From Gemmatimonadota bacterium (lineage in GTDB: Bacteria > Latescibacterota > UBA2968 > UBA8231), in NCBI GenBank assembly GCA_038153405.1, contig JAYOYH010000008.1:59398-123397 (forward strand): DNA of 64,000 nt, written 5' to 3'. Below the pieces are notes generated by a model. The model was given only the letters and a program-made list of their open reading frames with translations. It had not been told where the DNA came from and ran no database searches. Made by a program: the position numbers and the translations under genes. Positions 28,998 through 39,242 of the stretch are shown here, in pieces. Every line of letters starts with the position of its first letter. Within the stretch, counting starts at the first letter, position 1.

Positions 28998-30005
28998 ATG
29001 CATCGCTACATACTCAAGCGCATGGCCCTGCTCTTTCCGACCTTGCTGGGCATTTCGCTACTCGTCTTCCTCATGCTTTACTTCGTGCCAGGCGATCCGG
29101 CCCAAGTCATGCTCGGCGAGCGCGCCAACGCCGAGACGCTGGCCGCGCTGCGCGCCGAAATGGGCCTCGATCAGCCCTTTCACGTCCAGTTTTACCGCTT
29201 TTTTTCCGGCCTGCTCTCCGGCGATTTAGGCCGCTCAATTCGCACCCACGAGAAGATCACCGTTGAGATTTTCCAGCGCTTCCCCGCCACCATTGAACTG
29301 ACGTTTTTCAGCATGCTGATCGCCGTAGTAGTGGGAATCAGCACCGGCATTCTGGCCGCCGTGCGCCGCGGTAAACTCGTCGACCTGATCAGCATGATGG
29401 GCGCTACCGCCGGCATCTCACTGCCCATCTTCTGGCTGGCCCTGCTGATGGTGCTGCTATTCTCCGTCTACCTGCCCGTCTTTCCCGTCTCAGGCCGCCT
29501 CAGCACGCATATCTACCTCGAGCCCGTCACCTATTTCTACACGCTCGACGCGCTGTTAGTGGGCGACTGGACCGCCTTTTCTAACGTCATCTGGCACCTC
29601 GTTCTCCCGGCCCTAGCCCTGGGCACCATTCCCATGGCCGTCATCGCCCGCATGACGCGCGCCAGCCTGCTCGAAGTGCTCGGCGAAGACTACGTCCGCA
29701 CCGCTTGGGCTAAGGGCCTGTCGCGCCGCTGGGTCGTTCTGCGCCACGCCGTGCGCAACTCATTTATTCCCACGCTCACCGTCATCGCCCTTGAGTTCGG
29801 CTATTTGCTCGGCGGCGCGGTCATTACCGAGACCATTTTCGCCTGGCCCGGCGTGGGCCGTTGGCTCTTTCTGGCCGTGCAGGCGCGCGACTTTCGCGCC
29901 GTCCAGGGCGGCGTGCTGCTGATCGCCACGGTCTTCGTGCTCATCAATCTACTAGCCGATGTGCTCTACGCCTGGTTGGATCCGCGCATCCGCTACGACG
30001 AGTAG
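28998..30005 (+). CDS. dppB: Dipeptide ABC transporter permease B
   Basis: PGDPA, GDLGRS, FPATIEL, EAA loop 'EDYVRTAWAKGL', GGAVITETIFAWPG. Confidence 0.92.
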   Translation: MHRYILKRMALLFPTLLGISLLVFLMLYFVPGDPAQVMLGERANAETLAALRAEMGLDQPFHVQFYRFFSGLLSGDLGRSIRTHEKITVEIFQRFPATIELTFFSMLIAVVVGISTGILAAVRRGKLVDLISMMGATAGISLPIFWLALLMVLLFSVYLPVFPVSGRLSTHIYLEPVTYFYTLDALLVGDWTAFSNVIWHLVLPALALGTIPMAVIARMTRASLLEVLGEDYVRTAWAKGLSRRWVVLRHAVRNSFIPTLTVIALEFGYLLGGAVITETIFAWPGVGRWLFLAVQARDFRAVQGGVLLIATVFVLINLLADVLYAWLDPRIRYDE

Positions 30006-30024
30006 GAAACGCAGCACATACCCA

Positions 30025-30067
30025 TATAAATGGGCCGATGCGACCGCTGCGCACCGACCCATTTATA
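30025..30067. terminator. Inverted repeat between convergent dppB and oxidoreductase genes
   Basis: TATAAATGGG...TGCG...CGCA...CCCATTTATA. Confidence 0.5.
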
Positions 30068-30104
30068 GCTACTCGGATTTCTATCTACTCGAAAAAGGAA
30101 CGAC

Positions 30105-31235
30105 CTACAGGCGCGTCCACGCCCCCTTCTTTTTTGAACTCTCGACGGCCGCCTTGACGAACTTCATGCCCGCCACGCCCTCGTCAACGCCGGGGTGATC
30201 AAAGGCGTCGGGGACTTTCCCTTCGCCGTTTCTCTTGCGCACCAAGCGCTCCATTGTCGTGTGCAAATTGGCCAGCGCCTCAAAGAAGTCTTCGTGATGG
30301 CCAGCCGGCACGCGCAAATACGACGCCACCGAAGCCGGCTCGACGCCGGTACCAATCCAATAGATCTCGTCGTGGGCACCGCGCCGCACCAGCAATTTCT
30401 CGGCCGCTTCCTGATGCCATTCAAGCGATCCCTTGCTGCCGTAGATGCGAAAGCCGTTGTCGTTCTTATAGCCAATGGCAATCTGCGTAGCGGTAATAAT
30501 CGCCGTCGCGCCGTTTTCCATTTCGGCAATGACGTTGAAATCGTCGTCCAAAACGCGCCCTTCTACAAAGGCATTCAGGCGCGCCGACACTTTTTTAACA
30601 GCCAGACCACTCACCCAGGTAGCGGCGACAAAGGCATGTGTGCCTATATCGCCGCCGCAGTTGGAAATACCGGTGCGCTTGGGATCGGTGCGCCAAGCGG
30701 CCTGTTGCTGACCGCTCTGCTCTAGGTCGGTTGCCAACCAGCCCTGATTGTACCATGACTCGATCTTGCGCACCTGGCCGATTTCCCCGCTGCGCACCAT
30801 TTCTTTGGCCATCATCATCATCGGATGGCCGGTATAGGTGTGCGCCAGGACAAAGGGTACTTTTCTGCGCTTGGCCAAGCGCGCCAGATCTTGCGCCTCG
30901 GCCACCGTCATTGTCATCGGCTTTTCGCAGAGGACGGGGATGCCCGCCTCGAGGCATGCCTTGGCCGGCTCGTAGTGGGCAAAGTTGGGCGTTACGATCG
31001 TCACGTAGTCTAGCGCTAGATCGCCGCGCTGAACCGCTGCAATCATATCTTGGTAGTGGCCGTAGCCTTCAATGCCGTAGTCTTTTGCTGCGCGCAGCGC
31101 GGCTTTGGGATCGGTGCGCAAAGCGCCTGCGACGAGTTCCCGACTGGCGTCGAGCGATATGGCGCGCGTATGCACCATGCCGAAGAAACTGCCGGGACCA
31201 CCACCGCCGACCATACCAACTCTGAGTTTGGCCAT
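30105..31235 (-). CDS. Gfo/Idh/MocA family oxidoreductase
   Basis: GMVGGGGPGSFFG, TPNFAH, CEKP, GDIGTH. Confidence 0.92.
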   Translation of the reverse strand: MAKLRVGMVGGGGPGSFFGMVHTRAISLDASRELVAGALRTDPKAALRAAKDYGIEGYGHYQDMIAAVQRGDLALDYVTIVTPNFAHYEPAKACLEAGIPVLCEKPMTMTVAEAQDLARLAKRRKVPFVLAHTYTGHPMMMMAKEMVRSGEIGQVRKIESWYNQGWLATDLEQSGQQQAAWRTDPKRTGISNCGGDIGTHAFVAATWVSGLAVKKVSARLNAFVEGRVLDDDFNVIAEMENGATAIITATQIAIGYKNDNGFRIYGSKGSLEWHQEAAEKLLVRRGAHDEIYWIGTGVEPASVASYLRVPAGHHEDFFEALANLHTTMERLVRKRNGEGKVPDAFDHPGVDEGVAGMKFVKAAVESSKKKGAWTRL

Positions 31236-31410
31236 ATTCTCATCTCCTCACATTAGAAATTCACACAACAGCAGTTAATGGGTACGCATAAGGAAGGGGT
31301 CTGTCAATAAAAGCGCAGCGAGCAACGGGCCGTGCGCCGCCGAACATCGGAAGGGAGCCCGCTGGCCGGCTTGCGCCCGGCCGCCGGCGCCATTTTTTCA
31401 AGCGCAACGC

Positions 31411-32187
31411 TCAGTACACTACGCGCCGCAGATCTCCGTTCGGAATGCCGTGAACCACATCCTCGGCGCGCAGCGCGCGCTCGACGTCGTGGCGCTTGTA
31501 ACGCAGCGAGATGCGCGTCGATCCCTGCTCAATTTCCACTCGGCGCGGCAGCAGCGCCGCACCAACGCGCGCATACTCAGCCATCGTTCGTTCGACCAAC
31601 AGCATGCCCGACGGGCCTTCTATGCGTTCGCGCAACACCAAGCCGCGGTGCGTATCCACCCACAGACGCCGGTGGCCCTCTCCTTCGGCAAAGGTCACCA
31701 CCGCTCGATCGGCGCGCGGGTATTCGACCTCGACGGCAGCGGAATCTACGCCCGGTTCGACTAAGCCTAGTAGCGCGCGCGCCGGCGAGTAGGCACCCAG
31801 ATCTATACCCGTCAACTGGGCCAATAATGTTCCACGCGCGCTGCTCTTCCAAGCGCCGCCGACGGCCGGCCCGTACACCGTCAGGCTATCGCCTTCCTGT
31901 ATGGCGGTAAAAACGTGGCTGTAAAACGGCCCGCGCACCTCGAAGCGAAACAGATCCTCGCCCTTTATCATAACCAGCGCAGTGGCGCGCTCGCGCAGAT
32001 CCCCTTGGCGTAGCTCGACGTCCGCCTCCGCCGTCAGGCTTTCCAGGCCGGCGACTTCGCCCTCAAACAGGTGCCACAGCGCGGGCAGTCCATCCGCTTG
32101 ATGCCAGTTGCGGCGCACCTCTGGCGGTGGTGCGCAGGCCAAGCACAGACACAACAGCAGCAGCAGACCTGGCAACACTATAGACAT
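31411..32187 (-). CDS. Lipoprotein with LolA/LolB-like fold (DUF4292-like)
   Basis: Lipobox CLAC; 'FRFEVRGPF', 'RLWVD', 'LPRRVEI' beta-rich pattern; follows a TPR gene. Confidence 0.6.
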   Translation of the reverse strand: MSIVLPGLLLLLCLCLACAPPPEVRRNWHQADGLPALWHLFEGEVAGLESLTAEADVELRQGDLRERATALVMIKGEDLFRFEVRGPFYSHVFTAIQEGDSLTVYGPAVGGAWKSSARGTLLAQLTGIDLGAYSPARALLGLVEPGVDSAAVEVEYPRADRAVVTFAEGEGHRRLWVDTHRGLVLRERIEGPSGMLLVERTMAEYARVGAALLPRRVEIEQGSTRISLRYKRHDVERALRAEDVVHGIPNGDLRRVVY

Positions 32188-34095
32188 TTAATACTTCAGC
32201 TTTGTGCGCAGCGCACCGTTATCTGGGTCGAACTCCAGTGCGCGACGCCAGTGGCGCTCGGCTTCATCACTGCGCCCCTGGGCATGGGCAATATCGCCGG
32301 CGTGTTCGCATAGAACGGCCGCTTCCTCGGCATCGCCTTCGTCCATCCATTGCATGGCTTGGGCAAGATAGCGCTCGGCCTGAGCCAGCTCGCCCAGTTG
32401 ATAATAGGCCCAACCCAGGCTGTCCAGAAAGGCGCTGTTGCGCGGTTCAATGGCAATCGCGCGCAGCAGCAGGTCCACGGCTTCCTGCAAGTGGATGCCC
32501 TTCTCAGCATACATATAGCCCAAATAATTGAGCGCAAAGGCGTCTTCTGGATTGGCCTCAATGAGCTTTTGGAACGTCTCGATGGCCTGCTGGAAATAGT
32601 CTTCGCTCTGCGTTGCGCGCGAGGCCTGCTCGTAGCAGGCACCTAGGTAAAACAGCACGTTCAAATCGTCGGCCAGCAGCGGCACGGCCACATTCAGCTT
32701 TTCGAGTGCCTCCTCCCAGCGCGCCAACTGCCCCAGGGCAATGCCCCACTGCAGCCATACCTGGCCCTCTTGCGGATTGATGCGCCACGCCGCCTCGTAG
32801 CGCGATAGCGCCTCCTCCCAGCGCGCCAACTGCCCCAAGCAAATACCCCAGCGCAGATACAATTCGGCGTGTGGACCAGCCCGCTGTATGCCCTCATTGT
32901 AGCGGTCGATGGCCGCTTCCCACAGGTTCTGCTGTTCGAGTGCGATACCCAGATAGTGGTAGAGGTCGGCGTTGTCCGCCTGCCGCTCCAACCCTCCCTC
33001 GTATACTTCAACTGCGCGTTCAAAGCGCCCGGCGCGTTCGAGCGCCGTGCCCCAAAACAGATAGAGATCGCTGCTGTCGGGCATGGCGCTGACCGCCTGC
33101 TGCATCACCGAGTCGAGCTGTTCGTAGTTGTCGAGGTAGACGTAGTAATTGCCCAAGTCGATCCACTGCTCAACGCTGCTTGGTTGCATGTTGATCACCC
33201 GTTTGAACAGCAGAGTAGCGAGGTCGATTTTGCCGGCGTCCGACAGCACGACGCCCAATCGGTAGAGCAGGGCGGGCGACTCTTCGCCAATGATCTCCTC
33301 TACATCGGGCTCGGCGACGATAAGGCGTGCTAGGTAGTAGAGCGGCAGCGAGCTATCGGGCATTTGGCGCGCCGCATCGCGATAGATCTGCATCGCCTGC
33401 TGGCGCTGGCCCTGCGACAGTTTGAGCTCGGCCAACCCCAGCCAAGCGTCTTCCACCTCGGCATTTTCGCTGAGAACCTCCAGGTAAATTTTCTCTGCGC
33501 GCTCGCGCTTGCCGATCCGCGTATACACCGCCGCGATATCCACCTTGATCTCGGTCGGCGTTTTCGCATCGGCCAAAATGGAGTCGAATAGCTTGGCCAC
33601 CCGCTGTGCTTGTCCAGTTTCTAGATACAGGTAGGCCAAGTGGCGGTAGAGAGGCCAGCTCGCTTTCTCAAAGTCGAGCAATGCTTCTATCTGCTCTACG
33701 GCCTCTTCCTGATTCCCCTGCCGCTCTAGTATCTGAACGAGAAAACGCCGCAGCTGCACATCGGCCGGATTGAGATCCAATCCCTTGCGCGCAAAGTGCG
33801 CCGCCATGTGCAGATCGTCGATGCGCCGATAGTTGTAGGCCAGTTGGGCAAAAAGGGTGGCGGAGCTCGGGTCGAGGTCGGCGGCGTTGCGCAAAGCGAC
33901 GATGGCGCCCATATAATTGCCCTCTGACTCAAATACCTTGGCGCGGATAAAGTACTGCATCGCCTGGCGGCGTTCTTCCCCGTCGAGCCGCTCTCGATCC
34001 ACCGGGCGCAGGGAAGCACAGCCCGAACAGAGCACGACCAGCAGCAACAGATGCGATGCGGCGCGGCGCGCCGCTATGGATCGCGCTATGCTCAT
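32188..34095 (-). CDS. Tetratricopeptide-repeat lipoprotein
   Basis: Lipobox-like LCSGC; many TPRs; 'ALNYLGYMYAE...AFLDSLGWAYY...EHAGD' C-terminus; ATG 34095 overlaps the dppC stop. Confidence 0.9.
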   Translation of the reverse strand: MSIARSIAARRAASHLLLLVVLCSGCASLRPVDRERLDGEERRQAMQYFIRAKVFESEGNYMGAIVALRNAADLDPSSATLFAQLAYNYRRIDDLHMAAHFARKGLDLNPADVQLRRFLVQILERQGNQEEAVEQIEALLDFEKASWPLYRHLAYLYLETGQAQRVAKLFDSILADAKTPTEIKVDIAAVYTRIGKRERAEKIYLEVLSENAEVEDAWLGLAELKLSQGQRQQAMQIYRDAARQMPDSSLPLYYLARLIVAEPDVEEIIGEESPALLYRLGVVLSDAGKIDLATLLFKRVINMQPSSVEQWIDLGNYYVYLDNYEQLDSVMQQAVSAMPDSSDLYLFWGTALERAGRFERAVEVYEGGLERQADNADLYHYLGIALEQQNLWEAAIDRYNEGIQRAGPHAELYLRWGICLGQLARWEEALSRYEAAWRINPQEGQVWLQWGIALGQLARWEEALEKLNVAVPLLADDLNVLFYLGACYEQASRATQSEDYFQQAIETFQKLIEANPEDAFALNYLGYMYAEKGIHLQEAVDLLLRAIAIEPRNSAFLDSLGWAYYQLGELAQAERYLAQAMQWMDEGDAEEAAVLCEHAGDIAHAQGRSDEAERHWRRALEFDPDNGALRTKLKY

Positions 34096-34928
34096 TGGCG
34101 TATCGTCTTCGGGTCGAGCGCGTCGCGCAGGCCATCGCCAAAGAGATTTATGGCGAGCACCACGATAAAAATGGCCATGCCGGGAAAGGTCATTACCCAG
34201 GGCGCGTCGAACAGCAGTTCGCGTCCGCCCGCCAGCATGGCCCCCCACTCTGGTAGCGGCGGCTGAGCACCCAGTCCGAGGAAGCTCAGACCGGCCGCGT
34301 CGAGAATAGCCGTCCCTAAGCCCAGCGTCGTCTGCACGATAATCGGTGCCATGCAGTTGGGTAGCACGCCGACCATCACGATGCGCATCTGGCTAGCCCC
34401 CAACGCACGCGCCGCTTCGACGTAGGCTGTTTCCCGCACCGTCAGCACAGACGAGCGCACTAGGCGCGCAAATTGTGGAATCAGCACAATGCTGACGGCC
34501 ATGATGGCGTTGTCGATACCTGGTCCTGCAACGGCGACGATAGAAATGGCCAGCAGGATGCTGGGAAAGGCCAGCAGCAAATCCATAAGGCGCATGATCA
34601 GCGCATCGGCCCAACCACCCCAGTAGCCTGCCCACAGTCCGAGCAGCGTGCCCACGATCAGCGCTGCGCCAATGGATGCACCGCCGATGCGCAGCGAGAT
34701 GCGCGAACCGTAAATAATGCGGCTCAGTATGTCGCGCCCAAAATCGTCCGTGCCCAACGGATGGCCGAGCGAAGGCGGCTGCAGACGAGCGTAGAGGTTC
34801 TGCTCCAGCGGATCATAGGGGGCCAGCACGGGGGCCAGCACGGCGGTCAATACGAGCACCACCAACACCCCTCCTCCCGCCATGGCTAGGCGCTGCTGGC
34901 GCAGCTTTTTCCACGTATCACCGAGCAA
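34092..34928 (-). CDS. dppC: Dipeptide ABC transporter permease C
   Basis: HPLGTDDFGRDILSRIIYG, YVEAARALGA, LSFLGLGAQPPLPEWG, GDGLRDALDP. Confidence 0.92.
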   Translation of the reverse strand: MLGDTWKKLRQQRLAMAGGGVLVVLVLTAVLAPVLAPYDPLEQNLYARLQPPSLGHPLGTDDFGRDILSRIIYGSRISLRIGGASIGAALIVGTLLGLWAGYWGGWADALIMRLMDLLLAFPSILLAISIVAVAGPGIDNAIMAVSIVLIPQFARLVRSSVLTVRETAYVEAARALGASQMRIVMVGVLPNCMAPIIVQTTLGLGTAILDAAGLSFLGLGAQPPLPEWGAMLAGGRELLFDAPWVMTFPGMAIFIVVLAINLFGDGLRDALDPKTIRQ

Positions 34929-35030
34929 GACAGCTTCTCCCTAGCGGATTCATTGCGTCGAGACGGCCCGTTTTACACGCCGACATCTTAACCGTGGGCG
35001 CACCCACCGCGCTGCGTCTATTTGATTCGT

Positions 35031-37208
35031 TCAAGGGGTACCCCTCAGCACCAGCACGCCTAGCGGCGGCAGCTGCAGCACCGTCGAGGCTGGCTGTCCG
35101 TGCCAGGGAACGTCTTCGGCGACAAGGATTCCGCCATTGCCCAGCCCACTGCCGCCGTAGCAGGTTGCGTCGCTGTTGAGCAACTCGGCGTAGTGCCCGG
35201 CACGCGGCACGCCCAGCCGATAGTCCTGGCGCGGCACCGGAGTAAAGTTGCAGACGAACAAAATCTCTTCGGCTCCGGTGGATCGGCGCAGAAAGGAGAG
35301 GGTGCTATTCTCTCCATCGAGACAGTCGATCCAAGCAAAGCCGTGCGGGTCGGCGTCGGCCCGATGCAGGGCCGGCTCCCCGCAGTACGCTCCATTGAGA
35401 TCGCGCAGCCACTGCTGCACGCCGCGATGGAGCGCCGACTCCAGCAGCTGCCAGTCGAGCGCATGGTCGTGATGCCACTCATCCCAACCGGCCAGTTCAG
35501 CGCCCATAAAGAGCAGTTTCTTACCCGGATGACCAAACATAAACCCGTAGAGCAGGCGCAGATTGGCAAACTTCTGCCAGTCGTCGCCCGGCATTTTGGC
35601 CAGCAGCGACTTCTTGCCGTGCACCACTTCGTCGTGCGATAGCGGCAGCACGAAGTTTTCGTGGTGGGCATAGACCATGCTAAAGGTCAGATCCCCGTGG
35701 TGCCACCTGCGGTGAATTGGATCGCGCTCCATATAGTGCAGACAGTCGTTCATCCACCCCATATTCCATTTAAAACCGAAACCCAGCCCACCGGCGTAGA
35801 CGGGGCGCGATACGGCGGGCCATGCCGTCGATTCCTCGGCGATGGTCACCACGCCGGGACAGCGCGCATAGACTACGCTGTTGAGTTCCTTTAAAAATTC
35901 GATCGCCTCCACATTTTCGCGCCCGCCGTAGCGGTTGGGTACCCACTCGCCCTCCTGGCGTGAATAGTCTAAATAGAGCATGGAAGCTACGGCATCGACG
36001 CGCAGCCCATCGATGTGGTAGTGCTCAAGCCAGAACAGCGCATTGGAAAGGAGAAACGAACGCACTTCGTCGCGCCCGTAGTTAAAGATCATCGTGTCCC
36101 AGTCGGGATGCCACCCCTGACGCAGGTCGGCATGCTCGTATAGCGCCGTGCCGTCAAAGCGCGCCAGGCCGTGCGCATCCTTGGGGAAGTGTCCCGGCAC
36201 CCAATCGACGATCACGCCCATATTGTGCCGGTGACAGTAGTCGACAAAGTAGGCGAAGTCCTGCGGCGAACCAAAGCGCGCACTGGGGGCAAAGTACCCC
36301 GTTACCTGGTAGCCCCACGAACCGTCAAACGGATGTTCGGCAACGGCCATCAGTTCTAGGTGGGTAAACCCCATATCGCGCGCATAGTCGACCAACTGAT
36401 GCGCCAGTTCGCGCCAGTTCAGCTGGGTATTATCGCCATTTCGACGCCACGAACCGGGATGCACCTCATAGATGCTGACGGGGCGCTCTACCCATTGCCC
36501 TTCGACTCGCCTCCCCATCCACTCATCGTCGTCCCAGGTAAAATCGCCGATATCGGCGACGAGCGAAGCGGTACTCGGCGGCTGTTCGGCGGCAAAGGCA
36601 TAGGGATCGCTCTTGAGCATCACCTCGCCAGACAGCGCTAGCAGTTCGTATTTATACAGCGCTCCAACCCCGACATGCGGCAGAAAGATCTCCCAGATGC
36701 CCGAGTCGCCCAGCGGCCGCATGCCGTGGCGGCGGCCGTCCCAAGCGTTAAAGTCGCCCACTACGCTTGCTCTGCGCACGTTGGGCGCCCACACGGCAAA
36801 GTAGGTGCCTTCGACCCCATCGACTTCCCTAGGATGAGCACCGAGAAAGCGGTGGGCACCGTGCTGCTTGCCCTCGTTGAACAGATAGCGATCCCCTTCG
36901 GGCAACATCGGCCAAAAAGAGTAGGGATCCCGGATACATCGCTTGCCGCAGCCCGGCTCGACCACTTCCAACTCGTAGGCGAAGAGATCTGCGCGATCGT
37001 CTATGGCAGCTACCAACAGACCCTCGTGGGCAATAGGCCGCATGGGCCAACGGCCCGCACCACCGCGTTCGACGACGCATGCCGAATCGATGCCGGGCAA
37101 GAACGCCCGCACCTGTAAGGCGCCCTGCACCCGCTGCATGCCCAGCACGGCAAACGCATCCGCGCATTCGGCACGCAGTATCGATTCAACGATGGCGTCG
37201 GGCAGCAT
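35031..37208 (-). CDS. glgB: 1,4-alpha-glucan branching enzyme
   Basis: [48 protein letters not shown] 37208. Confidence 0.97.
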   Translation of the reverse strand: MLPDAIVESILRAECADAFAVLGMQRVQGALQVRAFLPGIDSACVVERGGAGRWPMRPIAHEGLLVAAIDDRADLFAYELEVVEPGCGKRCIRDPYSFWPMLPEGDRYLFNEGKQHGAHRFLGAHPREVDGVEGTYFAVWAPNVRRASVVGDFNAWDGRRHGMRPLGDSGIWEIFLPHVGVGALYKYELLALSGEVMLKSDPYAFAAEQPPSTASLVADIGDFTWDDDEWMGRRVEGQWVERPVSIYEVHPGSWRRNGDNTQLNWRELAHQLVDYARDMGFTHLELMAVAEHPFDGSWGYQVTGYFAPSARFGSPQDFAYFVDYCHRHNMGVIVDWVPGHFPKDAHGLARFDGTALYEHADLRQGWHPDWDTMIFNYGRDEVRSFLLSNALFWLEHYHIDGLRVDAVASMLYLDYSRQEGEWVPNRYGGRENVEAIEFLKELNSVVYARCPGVVTIAEESTAWPAVSRPVYAGGLGFGFKWNMGWMNDCLHYMERDPIHRRWHHGDLTFSMVYAHHENFVLPLSHDEVVHGKKSLLAKMPGDDWQKFANLRLLYGFMFGHPGKKLLFMGAELAGWDEWHHDHALDWQLLESALHRGVQQWLRDLNGAYCGEPALHRADADPHGFAWIDCLDGENSTLSFLRRSTGAEEILFVCNFTPVPRQDYRLGVPRAGHYAELLNSDATCYGGSGLGNGGILVAEDVPWHGQPASTVLQLPPLGVLVLRGTP

Positions 37209-37216
37209 AGGAGCGC

Positions 37217-39073
37217 CTAGTGGTGATGGTGGTGGGCGGAATGATCGGCGGCGTGTGCGTGACCACAGCCACACTCATCGACTTGGTCCCCCTCGGCGGT
37301 ATGGCGGTGGCCGCCGTGGTCGTGGTCGTCATCGCCGCCTGAAAATACTTCGCCGACAAAGGCCCGCGGCCCCATGCGAACGAGCGAGACGAGAAACAGT
37401 GCGGCGAGGGCGACAGAGCAGAGACCTTGCCCACTGTGCCATTCCAAAGCTTCATCCGCAATGAACTGCGGCGCGTCAACCGTCGGCAGCAGCGCATTGA
37501 GCGCCCAACCGAGCAAGATCGCTAGTGCCATAATCGCCCCGGCAAAAGCGAGGGCCAAGTTCCGCCCGTGCAGGCGCGATAATACGCCAAATGTCGTCAG
37601 GTTGGTCGCCGGTCCGATCAGCAAAAACGCCAGCGCCGCGCCGGGCGAAACGCCCTTATACACGAGCACGGCCGCCAGCGGCGTCGCCCCCGATGCGCAG
37701 ACGTAGGTCGGCACGCCGAGCAGCGCAAAGAGCGCGACTTCCGCTACGGCAGGTAGCGCCATCAGCCAGTCGGCGCTCAGCAGCGAATCGGCGAGTGCGG
37801 CGACGCTAAGGCCCAGCACAATCCACGGTGCTGTATCATCGACGACTTCGCCTAGGCCGATCCGCATGCTGCGCAACAGGCGCGCGCGCAAACCCAGCGA
37901 TTGTCGAGGCTCGCTCTCTTCTATCCCATGCACCGCCGAGACCTGAGCCCAGCGACCAATGCCCCAACCAATGACCAGCGCGACAACGGCCGCACAGCCG
38001 ACGCGCACCAAGGTGAACTCCCCCCCCAGTAACGGCAGCGATATGAGCACCGCGTCCAGGCTCAATTCAGGCGTTGCCACTAAGAAGCTGAGCGCAGCAG
38101 AAACCGGCACGCCCTGGCCGACCAGACTGCGGTAGACGGGAACCACGCCGCACGAGCAAATGGGCAGGGGCAGGCCAAAAGTGGCGCCGCGCAGGGCCTG
38201 CGAGAAATGACCTCCGCGCCCCATCCACGCCAGCGAAGCCTTTGGCATAAACTCGTAGACCAAACCCGCCGCCACATAGGCCAGCAAAAGAGCCGGCGCA
38301 CTCTCCCATACCAAGCGCAACAGGACCTGGCCCGCTTCGAGCATTCGAGGATCGAGGTGGTCGGCTGCCATAAAGGAGAGCAGTGCCATCCCGCCAACCG
38401 CGCCAAGGCCGGCGTGGCGCCGACGCTCCGCTGGCGAAGAAGACGACTCGGCAATGGGATAGGATCGGTGGACTACGACGTGCAGCAGAGTACCGGCCAC
38501 CAGTGCCTGAAATAGGCCGCGGCCATCGTTGGCCATGCCCCCGACGGCCGTCTCGCCGAGCGAAAAGCCCAGAACGGTCGCCACGCCGATTAACATTAGG
38601 GTCGCCAGAGCCAAGGGCAATCCGTACACGGGGCGGATCAGAAACCAGACCATGAGCCCGACCGGCAGGCGGTGCAATACAACGGCCATGGGCAACATGT
38701 GCTCGCCGCCGTGCTCGTGCCCGCCCTGCCCCAGCGCCAATCCATCCGTAAAGGCGTGCAGACCGATGCCGGCCAGCGCTAGGAGCAGCGCAATGGCATG
38801 CGCCTGACGGGCCAGTCCCCTCAGCCTGTGCTCGACCAGTCCAGGCCCCAGCAGCCCCAGCGCCAGGGCGGCCAAGGCCGGCCAGCCGGCCAGATGGTAG
38901 GTTTCGGGAATGATGTGGATAAAGACCAAGCCGCCGATCGTTACAAACACGAATCCGTCCAGCGCGGTCAGCATCGATCCGGTGACGCGTGCCAGCTGGT
39001 GCAGCGCAGGCCCTACAGCCAGCACCAACAGGCTCAGGACCAAGAGGTAAACTTCGGTTTGTTCGCCGTGCAC
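37217..39073 (-). CDS. Metal permease: ZIP-like N-domain fused to ArsP/DUF318 (SO_0444-type) permease, His-rich tail
   Basis: N-half HIIPE, LHAFTDG, VVLHRLP, GTLLHV; C-half [30 protein letters not shown]; tail ending HHHHH. Confidence 0.8.
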   Translation of the reverse strand: MHGEQTEVYLLVLSLLVLAVGPALHQLARVTGSMLTALDGFVFVTIGGLVFIHIIPETYHLAGWPALAALALGLLGPGLVEHRLRGLARQAHAIALLLALAGIGLHAFTDGLALGQGGHEHGGEHMLPMAVVLHRLPVGLMVWFLIRPVYGLPLALATLMLIGVATVLGFSLGETAVGGMANDGRGLFQALVAGTLLHVVVHRSYPIAESSSSPAERRRHAGLGAVGGMALLSFMAADHLDPRMLEAGQVLLRLVWESAPALLLAYVAAGLVYEFMPKASLAWMGRGGHFSQALRGATFGLPLPICSCGVVPVYRSLVGQGVPVSAALSFLVATPELSLDAVLISLPLLGGEFTLVRVGCAAVVALVIGWGIGRWAQVSAVHGIEESEPRQSLGLRARLLRSMRIGLGEVVDDTAPWIVLGLSVAALADSLLSADWLMALPAVAEVALFALLGVPTYVCASGATPLAAVLVYKGVSPGAALAFLLIGPATNLTTFGVLSRLHGRNLALAFAGAIMALAILLGWALNALLPTVDAPQFIADEALEWHSGQGLCSVALAALFLVSLVRMGPRAFVGEVFSGGDDDHDHGGHRHTAEGDQVDECGCGHAHAADHSAHHHHH

Positions 39074-39242
39074 GTCTCTCTAACTGAGCTTCGGGTAGCG
39101 GCGCCTCGCGCGCCAACAGCAGGCTTTTAAAATAAGTCAATTTGCGCAAAGCCCCAAGCCGGGGACTTGCCCTATGCCTTAGCTATCATTTTTATTTATC
39201 TATAACTTATAGCAAATTTCAACCAAAATAAAACTCGCGCCA

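Noticed and set aside
38067..39149. Long alternative-frame ORFs (e.g. 38067..39149, 48190..49140, 1397..2260, 28403..29266)
   Set aside because: Arg/Pro/Ala-rich shadow ORFs overlapping well-supported genes, expected at high GC
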